The translations under genes were made by a program, and so were the position numbers. Shown here one piece after another: positions 9,849 through 20,227 of a DNA stretch of 64,000 nucleotides. Source of the stretch: Spirochaetales bacterium (lineage in GTDB: Bacteria > Spirochaetota > Spirochaetia > JABEVK01); the NCBI GenBank assembly GCA_037142615.1, contig JBAXAI010000003.1:64001-128000 (forward strand), in the 5' to 3' direction. Numbering within the stretch: the stretch's first letter is position 1; every line of letters begins with the position of its first letter. The notes beneath the pieces are model-generated. The model made no database searches. It saw only the letters and a program-made list of their open reading frames with translations, and was not told where the DNA came from.

Positions 9849-12140
9849 ATGCTTCCCCAGGTCCACTTCGGCGGTCGACGTTCGTTCTCTATCCGATTCA
9901 CGTGGATCCTGTCGTATGTCGCCCTGTTTATGGTTCCCATTGTGGTGTTTCTGCTGGTGTCGTGGAGCAGTTCGCGGATTCTCGAGGAACAGTTGGCCGA
10001 GTCCAGCGCCACTTTGGTCGACCTGATGGTCAAGGAAATCGACGGCAAGCTGGACGACGTGAACCGCATGGTCAACGACGCCACCTGGAACCCCCTGACC
10101 CAGTCGCTGTTCAATCAAACCGAACTGAACGACGGCGCCAGAATGTACGATATGGTTCGGTTGGCCAACGATCTGGCGCTCTATTCGGGGTACAACCGGT
10201 TCGGGGAGTTCTTCTTCATTCACTTTCCCAACTTGAACGGGGTGCTGATTCCTGGCTCGTACTAGCAATTCGGCCTCTTCCGCGATACCTACTTCCCGCC
10301 CTCTGTGCCTGGTATTTTCGACCTCCAACAGGCCTTGGAACGCCGCAACGACGACGCCTCGCTGCCCATTGTGTACCGCGACGTCCAAGGGAATGCCGCC
10401 AAGGCCGTGCTGCTTCTCAAATCCATCCCGCCCTCGCCTTCCAGCCCCGTTTCGGCCACTTTGGGAGCCATCGTCCGCGCCGATGCGGTGATCAGGACCC
10501 TTCATTCGACCATCAAGGCCTCGAGGTCGGAAATCCGCATTGTCAATCAGCAGGGTGCGGTGCTCGTTTCGTCGCTTCCGACGGTGTTTCCCACCGACCA
10601 GCCCCCGGGGTCGGTGCGCATCGGCAACGAGGACTACACTCTTCTGGAAAAAGAAACCCGGACCTTTGGCTGGAACGTCCAGGTTTTGGTCCCTGAGTCG
10701 ATTATCCGGGGCCGTCTGCTGATCAACCAGGCCCTGATCGTGCTGGGGCTTCTGGCCAGCCTCGTGCTGGGAACCGGGTTGATCATCTTTCTGCTCCGGC
10801 GCAACTACGGCCCGGTCAGCCGGCTGCTCGAAACCCTTCCCGCTGGCAAGGATGGGACGTGGGAGAAGGACGGGGATGAGTTCAGCTACATCGGCAAGGC
10901 CGTTTTTCAGGTCCAGGACAGGTTTGAACGCAACAAAGAGCCCTTGCGGCAGAACCTGGCGAGCCGTTTGTTGCGGGGCCGCCGGGAAACGGGGATCTCG
11001 CTTGAAGACAGCCTGTCGGCACTCGACCTCGCGTTTGCCACGCAGGAGTTCGTCGTTTATCTGGTGCAGGTCATCCATCCCGAGGACCCCGAGCAGGAGA
11101 TCTCCCACCTGTTTCATCGGCAACTGGCCGTGAGCCTCGAGGCGTTGGGTCTGGTGCTCCGGGGATCGGACGAGAACCCCCTCGTGTTCCTGATCAACCT
11201 GCACGCCCTGGCCAGCGAACAGACCCTACACAACCTTCAGGAGGCGGTAGTCGCTTGCGGACAAGCCTTGCGGGAACAGCACGGGCAACCTGAGCTGATG
11301 TATGCCAGCGCCTTCAGTTCGGTGGTGCACGAAGTGGCGGCCATTCCCACGGCCTGGCGGCAGGCCAAGACCGCGCTGGAATATCGGTTCGTGGTCGGGG
11401 GGGCGCTCCCTTTCGCTTGGGACGATCTCAAGCTGGAAAAACCTGCCGCTCTTTACCATTACGACCAGGAGCGGGAAACCAAGCTCATGACCGTGGTGAA
11501 AGCTGGCGACGCCGAGGCAGCCGCCGACATTTTGTCCGAGATTTTCGCCGAGAACTCGCAACCGGGAACGCAGATCCTTTCGCCGTTAGCGGCCCAATGT
11601 CTGGTGTGGGACCTCGTGGCCACGCTGATGAAGGCTCTAGCCGAGATTTCGGAGGGCGATGAGAGTTTCACCCGCTTGTTCGAGCCCGTTTCGTCGCTGG
11701 CCCAAAGCACCCAGTGGGACCTGGTCCGTCAGGGCATGCAGAACATCGTCCGCGACGCCTGCCAGCACGCGCGCGAGCTCAACAGCCACCATGTCGCCCA
11801 GCTGAAAACCACGGCCAACCGCCAGTTTATCCAGCAGGTCTGCGCCTACCTTCAGGCCCAGTTCCGGGACCCCAGCCTCAACCTGACCAAGATCGCCGAC
11901 GCCCACTCGCTCACCCCGGCCTACCTTTCGCGCCTGTTCCGCGAAAACACCGAGGAAGGGATTTTCGACTTCCTCAACAGGATCCGTATCGAAAATGCCA
12001 AGACCCTGCTGCGCACCGGCAATGGCAACCTTCAGGAAGTCGGTCTGGCCAGCGGCTACGTCGACGTAAAGACGTTCATCCGCTCGTTCCGACGGTTCAC
12101 GGGCGTGACCCCGGGCAAGTACCGCGAGACCACCAAGTAG
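9849..12140 (+). pseudogene. YesS-like membrane-anchored AraC regulator interrupted by an in-frame TAG (10263-10265)
   Basis: ORFs ending 10265 and starting 10305 are in the same frame; TM-sensor-TM-AraC HTH (YLSRLFRE, FIRSFRRFTGVTPGKYRE). Promoter TTGACA-17-TACCCT at 9813-9841. Confidence 0.8.
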
Positions 12141-12151
12141 GCCATTTTCCC

Positions 12152-12229
12152 CGTTTTTGGCCCTTCTATTCGCGTTTTTGACCCTCGCAACCCCCCGAAC
12201 TTGCCCATGGCGTTCACCTTATTGACCCT
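12152..12229 (+). promoter_or_regulatory. Phased direct repeats, probable AraC operator
   Basis: TTGGCCCT (12157), TTGACCCT (12178), TTGCCC (12201), TTGACCCT (12222): 21-23 nt spacing. Confidence 0.55.
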
Positions 12230-12285
12230 TCACGGGCGGGCAAACTGACTCCATCATGAGCCAAGTTTCACTTCAGGAGGATCTC

Positions 12286-13854
12286 ATGATGAGATTGCGA
12301 ATTAGTTCTCTGTTGATCGCGGTTGTCCTGCTTCTGTCGGTGGTTTTGCCCACCACAGCGCAGGTTTACCCGCTCAAGAATGCCCCGACGTTGACCTATT
12401 GGATGAACGTGAACACCGCGTGGTCCAACCGCTTCAAGACTTTGGGCGACACCACCTTTGGCTTGGAACTGGCCAAGCGTACCGGCGTGAACGTGGTGTA
12501 TACGCACCCGGTTCCCGCTCAGTTCGACCAGAGCTTCAACCTGATGCTCGCTTCGGGCGACCTGCCCGACCTGATTCAGAACAACTTCCTGACCAAGATT
12601 CCCGGCGGACCCGACAAGGCCATCAAGGATGGCTACCTGCTGCGCCTCAACGAAGCCATCGCCAAATGGGCTCCCAACCTGACGGCCTACCTGAAGGCCC
12701 ACCCCGAAGTCGATAAGCTGGTGAAGTCCGACGAAGGCAATTACTACGCCTTTCCGTTCATCCGCACCGACCCTTACCTGATGACCTATCAGGGCCCCAT
12801 CGTTCGCCAGGATTGGCTGGATGAGCTGAAGTTGCCCGTGCCGGTGACCATTGACGACTGGACTGTGATGCTCAAGGCCTTCAAGGAAAAGAAAGGCGCC
12901 ACTGCTCCCTTCGCCATGGCTCCCTACTGGGGACCGACGAACGCCGCCTGGCAGAGCCCGGCCTTTGTCGGTGCCTACGGTACGCTCAAGAACTGGTACA
13001 TCGACAACGGCAAGGTGAAGTTCGGTCCCAGCGACACCCAGTACAAGGAGTTCCTCAAGCTGTTCGCGGGTTGGTACAAGGCCGGCCTGATCGACCCCAA
13101 CTTTGCCCTTTCCGACGCCAAGCAGCGCGACGCCATCTATGTGGCCGGCATGTCGGGCGCCACGGTGGCCAACATCGGCGGCGGCATCGGCTACCTCGTC
13201 AAGCTGATGGAAAAGGTCGACCCCAAGGCCCGGTTCGTCGCCGCCCCTTACCCTGTGCTCAAGAAGAGTGACAAGCCTGAGTTCGGCCAGATGGACCTGC
13301 CCTTTACCGGCGTGGCCATCGCCATTTCGGCCAAGACCAAGAACCTCGAAACCGCCGTCCGTTACTTGGACTACGGCTACTCGCCCGACGGCGCCATGTT
13401 CTACAACTTCGGCACCCCCGGCGTCAGCTACAACATGGTGGGTGGTTACCCGACCTATACCGACTTCATCATGAAAAACGCCAAGCTTTCGCTCCAGGAA
13501 GCCATGGGAGAACACATCCGCGGTTCCAGCGATGGTCCCTTCCTGCAGGACAAGCGTTACGCCGAGCAGTACTTCCTGCTCCCCGAACAGAAAGCTGCGG
13601 CGACCCTCTGGAGCAGCACCAACGCTGCCAAGCACCTGTTCCCCAACCTGTCGCCCGACAAGGCCGACATCGCCGAAATGTCGAAGATCATGTCGGAAGT
13701 GAACACCTACGTCGACGAGGCGTTCATCAAGTTCGTCATCGGCGCCGAGCCGGTGGAAAACTTCGACAAGTACCTCGCCACGCTCAAGCAGCTCAAGATC
13801 GACCGCGCCATCGCGATTTACCAGAAGTCGTACGACGACTTCCTCAAGCGCTGA
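12286..13854 (+). CDS. Carbohydrate ABC transporter substrate-binding protein (LplA-like)
   Basis: Signal peptide, FNLMLASGDLPDL, RQDWLDELKLPVPVTIDDW; SD AGGAGG. Confidence 0.9.
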   Translation: MMRLRISSLLIAVVLLLSVVLPTTAQVYPLKNAPTLTYWMNVNTAWSNRFKTLGDTTFGLELAKRTGVNVVYTHPVPAQFDQSFNLMLASGDLPDLIQNNFLTKIPGGPDKAIKDGYLLRLNEAIAKWAPNLTAYLKAHPEVDKLVKSDEGNYYAFPFIRTDPYLMTYQGPIVRQDWLDELKLPVPVTIDDWTVMLKAFKEKKGATAPFAMAPYWGPTNAAWQSPAFVGAYGTLKNWYIDNGKVKFGPSDTQYKEFLKLFAGWYKAGLIDPNFALSDAKQRDAIYVAGMSGATVANIGGGIGYLVKLMEKVDPKARFVAAPYPVLKKSDKPEFGQMDLPFTGVAIAISAKTKNLETAVRYLDYGYSPDGAMFYNFGTPGVSYNMVGGYPTYTDFIMKNAKLSLQEAMGEHIRGSSDGPFLQDKRYAEQYFLLPEQKAAATLWSSTNAAKHLFPNLSPDKADIAEMSKIMSEVNTYVDEAFIKFVIGAEPVENFDKYLATLKQLKIDRAIAIYQKSYDDFLKR

Positions 13855-13885
13855 TCCGAGGTCTGACCCCCTTTTCTACAAACCC

Positions 13886-13909
13886 GCCCCGGACACTTCC
13901 GTCCGGGGC
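13886..13909 (+). other. Intergenic GC stem-loop (mRNA-stabilising element between SBP and permease)
   Basis: GCCCCGGAC-ACTTCC-GTCCGGGGC, no U-tract. Confidence 0.55.
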
Positions 13910-13926
13910 CTCAAGGAAGCAACCCT

Positions 13927-14859
13927 ATGCCTGGTAAACCCAAGAGACTGCTCAACAAGAACTCGCTCGGCTGGGACCTTGTCCAGAACAAATCTCTCTA
14001 CTTGCTGATGATTCCTGTGCTGGCGTACTACCTTTTGTTCCATTACCTGCCCATGTACGGCGCGGTGATGGCTTTTCAGGACTACAGCCCCATGAAGGGA
14101 CTTTTTGGGAGCGATTTTATCGGACTCCAGAACTTTTTCGACTTTTTCGACAGCTACTATTTTTGGCGGATTTTCGGGAATACCCTGATCATCAGCTTCC
14201 TTTCGCTGGCCTTTGAGTTCACCACACCCATCCTTCTGGCTCTGATGATCAACGAACTGCGGTCGCAGAAGCTTTCGAGCGTGGTCAAGACGGTCTCGGT
14301 GTTTCCGCACTTCATCTCGCTGGTCATCGTGTGCGGCATGGTCAAAGACTTCACCAGCATGAACGGCATCTTCAACGAGATCTTCAAATTGTTTGGGTAC
14401 GACGGGCTCTCCATGCTGCAAAAGCCCGAGCTGTTCCGGCCCATCTACATCATCTCTGGCATTTGGCAGAATATCGGCTGGGACTCCATCATCTACATCG
14501 CCGCCCTCATGGCCATCGACCAGACGCTGTACGAGGCCGCCGAAATCGACGGAGCCGGCCGGTGGCAGCAACTGTGGAAAGTCACCATACCCTGCATTTT
14601 GCCCACCATCGTCGTGATGTTCATCCTTCGCGTCGGCAACATCATGAACGTCGGGTTTGAAAAGATCATTTTGCTGTACAACCCGATCAACTACGAGACC
14701 GCCGATGTCATCTCGTCGTTCGTGTACCGCAAGGGGCTGATCGACTTCCAGTGGAGTTACGCCGCCGCCGTCGGTCTGTTCAACTCGGTGATCAACCTCG
14801 GCCTGCTGCTGGTGGCCAACCGCCTGAGCAAAAAAGTTACCCAGTCGAGTCTGTGGTAG
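13927..14859 (+). CDS. Carbohydrate ABC permease (LplB-like)
   Basis: LYEAAEIDGAGRWQQ EAA motif; multiple TM helices. Confidence 0.92.
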   Translation: MPGKPKRLLNKNSLGWDLVQNKSLYLLMIPVLAYYLLFHYLPMYGAVMAFQDYSPMKGLFGSDFIGLQNFFDFFDSYYFWRIFGNTLIISFLSLAFEFTTPILLALMINELRSQKLSSVVKTVSVFPHFISLVIVCGMVKDFTSMNGIFNEIFKLFGYDGLSMLQKPELFRPIYIISGIWQNIGWDSIIYIAALMAIDQTLYEAAEIDGAGRWQQLWKVTIPCILPTIVVMFILRVGNIMNVGFEKIILLYNPINYETADVISSFVYRKGLIDFQWSYAAAVGLFNSVINLGLLLVANRLSKKVTQSSLW

Positions 14860-14868
14860 GAGCCCGCC

Positions 14869-15750
14869 ATGAAAAAAAGACAATCCCTTGCCGAGCATCT
14901 GGGCCAAGGCTTCATCAACCTGTTCATGATCGCCTTCCTGGTGGTCACGCTGTACCCGCTGCTGCACGTTCTGTTCGCGTCGATCAGCGAGCCCTCGCAA
15001 CTGGTTGCCCACCGGGGGCTGATCCTCGCGCCTCTGGGTTTCAGCTTGCAGCCGTTTGAGTACCTGTTCCGCAACCAGTACATTCTGAGTGGTCTGTCGA
15101 ACTCGGCGCTGTACATCCTGGGCGGTGTGAGCGTGAACATCGTGATGACGGCCATCGCGGCCTACGTGCTTTCCAAGCGCTACGCCAAGCTGACCAAGTT
15201 TTTCACCATGTTCATCATCTTCACCATGCTGTTTTCGGGCGGTTTGGTGCCGTTGTACCTGACCATCCGGGGTTTTGGCATGTACAACTCGTACACTTCG
15301 CTCATCATCCCGTTTGCCATCAGCACCTTCAACCTCATCATACTGCGCACCGCGTTCGAGGGCGTTCCGGTCAGCCTCGACGAGTCGGCCCGCATCGACG
15401 GGGCGGGGCACTTCACCATCCTGTTCAAGATCACCATGCCGCTGGTGATGCCCATGATCGCCGTCATCATCCTGTACTACGCGCTCGACCGCTGGAACGG
15501 CTGGTTCTTCGCCTCCATCTTCCTCAAGGACAAGGAATTGTTCCCCATCCAGGTCATTTTGCGGGAACTGCTGATCGACGGCGACAACGGGGCCACCATG
15601 GCCGGCAACGACAACGCCGACTTGATGATGCTGTCGCAGTCGATCCGCTACGCGGGCATCGTGATCGGCACGCTGCCGGTGCTCTTCTTCTACCCGTTCC
15701 TGCAGCGCTATTTCGTGAAAGGGGCGCTTTCGGGCGCTATCAAGGAGTAA
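14869..15750 (+). CDS. Carbohydrate ABC permease (LplC-like)
   Basis: LDESARIDGA; YPFLQRYFVKG...GAIKE. Confidence 0.92.
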   Translation: MKKRQSLAEHLGQGFINLFMIAFLVVTLYPLLHVLFASISEPSQLVAHRGLILAPLGFSLQPFEYLFRNQYILSGLSNSALYILGGVSVNIVMTAIAAYVLSKRYAKLTKFFTMFIIFTMLFSGGLVPLYLTIRGFGMYNSYTSLIIPFAISTFNLIILRTAFEGVPVSLDESARIDGAGHFTILFKITMPLVMPMIAVIILYYALDRWNGWFFASIFLKDKELFPIQVILRELLIDGDNGATMAGNDNADLMMLSQSIRYAGIVIGTLPVLFFYPFLQRYFVKGALSGAIKE

Positions 15751-15752
15751 CC

Positions 15753-16904
15753 ATGACCCCGCAAGACCAGCTTTGGCTCGACGACGTGGCCGGGCGCCTC
15801 ACCGCCAAGCTTGCCCGCACCAGCCGCCGCATTGGCGACAGCCTGCCGTTTGTTTCGGTGAACGGCCGTTATCAGAACTTTGACGGGCGCGAGAACGCGC
15901 TGGCTTGGTGGACCAACGGCTTTTGGCCGGGGTTGCTGTGGCTGGCCTACCGGGAAACTGGCGACGAGTTTTACCGCACCACGGCCGAATCGTGCGAAAA
16001 ACAGCTCGACGGCGCGCTGTACGGCTTTGACGGCCTGCACCACGACGTGGGGTTCATGTGGTCGCTGAGCAGCGTGGCCAACTTCAAACTGACGGGGAAC
16101 GACGCTTCGCGGCGGCGCGCGCTGTTGGCTGCCAGCACCCTGGCCAGCCGGTTCAACCTCAAAGGCGGCTACATCCGCGCGTGGAACGGCGACAACCAGG
16201 GTTGGGCCATCGTCGACTGCCTGATGAACCTGCCGTTGTTATACTGGGCCTCCGAACAGACCAACGACCCGCGTTTTGCCCACGTGGCGCGCGCCCACGC
16301 CGACACCGCTATCCGCGCCGTGCAGCGGCCCGACGGCTCGGTGAACCACATTGTGCACTTCGACCCCGACACCGGCGAGGTTCGCGAAACCTTGGGCGGG
16401 CAGGGGTACGGGGTGGGATCCTCGTGGTCGCGCGGCCAGGCTTGGGCCGTCTATGGGTTTGCCCTCAGCTACCGCCACTCGGGCGACGTGCGCTACCTCG
16501 ACGCCGCCAAACGGACGGCCCACTACGTGCTGGCGAATCTCGCCCTCGGAGCGGGCGGCAAGGGCGTTCCCGCCGTGGATTTCCGCGCCCCGCCCGAACC
16601 CGCACAGATCGACAGCACCGCCGGGGCCATCACCGCCGCCGGCCTGCTGGAAATCGCCAGTCACGTGCCCGAGCTGGAAAAGGCACTCTACCACAACGCC
16701 GCCGTCCAGATGCTGCAGGCGCTCGACACCACCTGCGGCGCGTGGCAAGCCGCCGAGGAAGGCCTGCTGCTGGAGGGAACGCACGCCTACCACGACTCCA
16801 AGGTCAAGCTGTACCCTAACAACCACTCGCCCATCATCTACGGCGACTACTACTTCGCCGAGGCGATCTACCGGTTGCGGGGGCAGACCGCGCTGTTTTG
16901 GTAG
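15753..16904 (+). CDS. Second GH88 unsaturated glucuronyl hydrolase
   Basis: WWTNGFWPG, HHDVGF, IVDCLMN, WSRGQAW, YGDYYFAEA. Confidence 0.9.
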   Translation: MTPQDQLWLDDVAGRLTAKLARTSRRIGDSLPFVSVNGRYQNFDGRENALAWWTNGFWPGLLWLAYRETGDEFYRTTAESCEKQLDGALYGFDGLHHDVGFMWSLSSVANFKLTGNDASRRRALLAASTLASRFNLKGGYIRAWNGDNQGWAIVDCLMNLPLLYWASEQTNDPRFAHVARAHADTAIRAVQRPDGSVNHIVHFDPDTGEVRETLGGQGYGVGSSWSRGQAWAVYGFALSYRHSGDVRYLDAAKRTAHYVLANLALGAGGKGVPAVDFRAPPEPAQIDSTAGAITAAGLLEIASHVPELEKALYHNAAVQMLQALDTTCGAWQAAEEGLLLEGTHAYHDSKVKLYPNNHSPIIYGDYYFAEAIYRLRGQTALFW

Positions 16905-16911
16905 CAGTAGC

Positions 16912-16932
16912 AGACCTGTGCGGTCTTTTTTT
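16912..16932 (+). terminator. Rho-independent terminator
   Basis: AGACC-TGTGC-GGTCT followed by a T-run. Confidence 0.55.
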
Positions 16933-16974
16933 GTCCCTAGACAGCTTGCTCCGCATGAGTCAGAATGAACGGCG

Positions 16975-18606
16975 ATGAGCGACAAGTATTCTGGCGACAT
17001 TGATCCCGAAATTGCGGCCCTCCTCAACGCCGATGGACCTCCTGGTGGCGCTCCGAACTTTGACGACCTGTTTTCGGCGGGGGGCGGTGGCAATTCGTTC
17101 GGCGGCGAGCCGGCCGACTTCTCCAAGAAAGGTTTCCCCCCGGTCAAAGAGTTTTTTGAGTCGCCCAAGCCCTACTTTACGAATCCCAAGTTCTACAATG
17201 TGGTGTTGGCCGATCTCGGTGATCCGGCAGCCCGCGTGCACCAGATCCTCACCGACCTGATGAATGCCCCCGACCCCGAGACCCGGGGTCAGGCCCGTCT
17301 GCGCTTTACGCCGGCGTGGTGGACGCTGCTCGAGGCACTGGTTCGCGACATTTCGTCGGCGGCGCCCGAACCGAAGCGGCTTGCCGTGCGTTATGGCGTC
17401 CTGTTGCCTTCCCTGCTGGCCCCGGAACAGCGCGACATTCTGGCCTCGATCATCTACGACAACCGGACCGGCGAAGCTGTCCATTATATTGACGAGTGGA
17501 TGCGCAAAGTCGGCAGCGGCGAAGTGGCCCCTCTGGCTACCGACGAAGAAATCAAGGTGGTCAAGAAGGGCTCGGCCGACAACACGGCCAACATCCAGCG
17601 TCTGGAAAAGGTTCAGGGACAGTACCAGGCTCAGACCAACCTCATCAACGTCAAGTTTCAGGAAGTGAAGGAGCTTGAGGCCCTCATCGCCAAAAACTCG
17701 CTGGAGATCGGCCGTCACGACGCTCACCCGATGTTCACCAATCTGGCCGACGTGTTCAACAGCACCCAAAAGAGCGCGCTGTTCGGCATCCAAGAGGCCA
17801 TGAAGAGTCTGTCGGCGCTCGACAAGGAAATCGCGCTCTACTTCCGTGACCTCGAGAAGATGAAGGGCGACCTGACCCGAGCCGAGGCCGCCGTCAACGA
17901 ATCCGGTGGTGTCACCGTCGATACCAAGGCCGTGGTTCGCGAACTGAACTCGATCCGTCAGATGGCCAAGCTTTCGGTAGGGCGCCAGGGCAACCACTTT
18001 CCGGTGCTGATGAAGCAGTACATGCCAGGTCGCATCGACGACATCGCCACCCGCGAAAATGTCCTTTCGATCATGAGTGAGGTGGAGAGGCTCGACCCGG
18101 GTATTTTCATCCGGATGTTCAAGGGAACCAGCAACCGGATCGTTCCGCACCTCATCCTTTTTCCGTCATTTGGCGAGCTCGGGGTCTGCTGGGAGCCGTT
18201 CGAGAAGTTCAACCGTTCGACCAGCCGCGGCCGCATCGGGATTCCCATGTACTCCAAGAGCGTCAAGAACGCGGTGCTCACAGGCCTTGCAGACTTCCGC
18301 TGGCAGGTGGTCAAAGAAAAGGCCGGCTACCGTTGGATGGAAGAAGGCCTTACAGGGTGGTACTATCAGCAATTCACCGATTCCGGTGGCCGTGGCGACG
18401 TGCGCGAGTACTTCATTCAGGACTACATTCTGTGGATCACCAAGGAAAGTGAAGGCACGCAGAAGCTCGACAAGGAAGTGCGTGGCATCTTTTGGCGCAA
18501 CATGCCCTTCCCGCCCGAGATCCGCGAAATCCTTCGCAACCGTGGGTTTGTCTACAGCGAACTGTACAAGAAGGACCTTAACCGCGCCATGAGTGATGGA
18601 TACTAG
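16975..18606 (+). CDS. Conserved hypothetical protein (spirochaete-type, central coiled coil)
   Basis: 543-aa ORF with host-like codon bias; no catalytic motif recognised. Confidence 0.8.
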   Translation: MSDKYSGDIDPEIAALLNADGPPGGAPNFDDLFSAGGGGNSFGGEPADFSKKGFPPVKEFFESPKPYFTNPKFYNVVLADLGDPAARVHQILTDLMNAPDPETRGQARLRFTPAWWTLLEALVRDISSAAPEPKRLAVRYGVLLPSLLAPEQRDILASIIYDNRTGEAVHYIDEWMRKVGSGEVAPLATDEEIKVVKKGSADNTANIQRLEKVQGQYQAQTNLINVKFQEVKELEALIAKNSLEIGRHDAHPMFTNLADVFNSTQKSALFGIQEAMKSLSALDKEIALYFRDLEKMKGDLTRAEAAVNESGGVTVDTKAVVRELNSIRQMAKLSVGRQGNHFPVLMKQYMPGRIDDIATRENVLSIMSEVERLDPGIFIRMFKGTSNRIVPHLILFPSFGELGVCWEPFEKFNRSTSRGRIGIPMYSKSVKNAVLTGLADFRWQVVKEKAGYRWMEEGLTGWYYQQFTDSGGRGDVREYFIQDYILWITKESEGTQKLDKEVRGIFWRNMPFPPEIREILRNRGFVYSELYKKDLNRAMSDGY

Positions 18607-18619
18607 GAGCCCGTGATCC

Positions 18620-18892
18620 CTAAAGCTTGCCCTTGAAGATGCGGGAGTCGAGGTACCGGTCGATGGGGAAGCGTTCGCGAAGCAACGCCAGCGCCCAACG
18701 GTAGGTAAACCACGTGGCCATGAGCGAAAGCAAAAAAAGGCCGATCCAGAAGCCGACCGCGACAAAGCCGGTCCGCACGGGTACGAAGATCCCGGCGATT
18801 CCCGAAAAGCCCAGAAAGAAGAAGAACAGCAACACGAGGTTGAGCACGGTTGCACCCGCCAGAAAGGCAATGGTGTTCAGACGACGGTTCAC
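18620..18892 (-). CDS. Small 2-TM membrane protein downstream of lspA
   Basis: Two hydrophobic helices; start overlaps the lspA stop. Confidence 0.7.
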   Translation of the reverse strand: MNRRLNTIAFLAGATVLNLVLLFFFFLGFSGIAGIFVPVRTGFVAVGFWIGLFLLSLMATWFTYRWALALLRERFPIDRYLDSRIFKGKL

Positions 18893-19383
18893 CGCTTTCG
18901 CATTCCGAACAGAAGTGAGAGCACGAACAGCGCTCCTCCTACGTTGATACAGACATCGGCCACATTAAAGATCGCGAACCGTTCCATGCCGAACAGTCCA
19001 TAAAGCCGGAAGCTCAGAAAGTCCACGACGCCCTCGGGCCGGAAGATTCGGTCGACCTGGTTGCCCAGCCCGCCGGCGACGATGAGGGCCAACGACCAGC
19101 GCTGCAACTGAGTCATCGTGGCGTCGCGCCAGTAGTAGACCAAGAACGCAATCATGACCCCCAGCGGGATCAGGATGAACAGACCGACGCGCAGCCAATC
19201 GGGCAGGTTATTGCCCATCGAGAACGCGACGCCCGTGTTGCGCACGTGCACCAGCCACAAGAAGTCGCCCCCCGAGGCCCAACCAACGGTGTTGAGGGGA
19301 ATCAGTGCGACCACGGCCAACTTGCTGGCTTGGTCGGCCACGATCAAAAGGGCCGCGATGATCAGCGGCACGATGCGTTTCAT
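18889..19383 (-). CDS. lspA: Lipoprotein signal peptidase II
   Basis: DQASK, NTGVAFS, GGLGNQVDR, VVDF, FNVAD. Confidence 0.95.
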   Translation of the reverse strand: MKRIVPLIIAALLIVADQASKLAVVALIPLNTVGWASGGDFLWLVHVRNTGVAFSMGNNLPDWLRVGLFILIPLGVMIAFLVYYWRDATMTQLQRWSLALIVAGGLGNQVDRIFRPEGVVDFLSFRLYGLFGMERFAIFNVADVCINVGGALFVLSLLFGMRKR

Positions 19384-19396
19384 GGCGGGCATCGTA

Positions 19397-20158
19397 TCAT
19401 AATCCCGTGGGCAAATCCAGAAACACGGTGGGGACTCCGGTTTCCTTTTGCAGGTGCTGAGCCAAGAGGCGAACTCCCCAGGTCTCGGTGGCGTAGTGCC
19501 CGCCGCTGATCAGGTTGATACCGGCTTCGAGGCAAGTGTGGTACACGGTGTGGTCGGCGTCGCCGGTGATAAACACGTCAAGACTGGACCGAATGGCGTC
19601 GGCCACCTCGCGGGTAGCTCCGCCCGAGACCAGACCCACCGTCCGTACGGGATTCTTGCCAAAGGGAAGCAGTTGCAAGACATTCTCGCGACCGTGAAAA
19701 AGGGTGTCGCACAGCTCTTCCAAACTGCGCGGCTCGGGCAAAGTGCCACGGACTCCCACCAGACGGCCCTTGTACTCCCCGAAGGGTTGTAGGTCGCCGA
19801 GCCCGAGCGCGGTGGCCATGCCGGCATTGTTGCCCAGCGTCGGGTGCGCGTCGAGCGGAAGGTGGTAGGCAAACAACGCCAAATCGTGGTCGAGCAGCGA
19901 CCGGACCCGACGATAGTGATCGCCGGTGAGTGCGAGTGGCTGCCCCCACCACAGGCCGTGGTGCACCACCAGGGCGTCGGCCCCGGCGTCGGCGGCCCGC
20001 TCGAAGCTCTGCAGACTGGCGTCGACGGCGAAAGCGACCCGACCCACCCGGGCCTCGCGGCGGGCCACCTGAAGGCCGTTCAGGGCGGCGTCGGCCCCTT
20101 TCCAAAGCTCAGGTTGCAAGGTGTTGTTGAGCCAGTTTTCGAGTTCGGTGAGCGTCAT
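19397..20158 (-). CDS. Nif3-like dinuclear metal-centre protein
   Basis: NGLQV, VVHHG, YHLPLDAHPTLGNN, GHYATE. Confidence 0.92.
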   Translation of the reverse strand: MTLTELENWLNNTLQPELWKGADAALNGLQVARREARVGRVAFAVDASLQSFERAADAGADALVVHHGLWWGQPLALTGDHYRRVRSLLDHDLALFAYHLPLDAHPTLGNNAGMATALGLGDLQPFGEYKGRLVGVRGTLPEPRSLEELCDTLFHGRENVLQLLPFGKNPVRTVGLVSGGATREVADAIRSSLDVFITGDADHTVYHTCLEAGINLISGGHYATETWGVRLLAQHLQKETGVPTVFLDLPTGL

Positions 20159-20227
20159 TCCGGCAGTATAGTTCCGGTTTTCTTGACAGACAACCGGGGC
20201 CTTCGTATCCTGACTCCCGAGGTCTCC

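Noticed and set aside
4425-16932. Intact integrative element at tRNA-Ala
   Set aside because: No integrase and no duplicated tRNA 3' end found at the far side.
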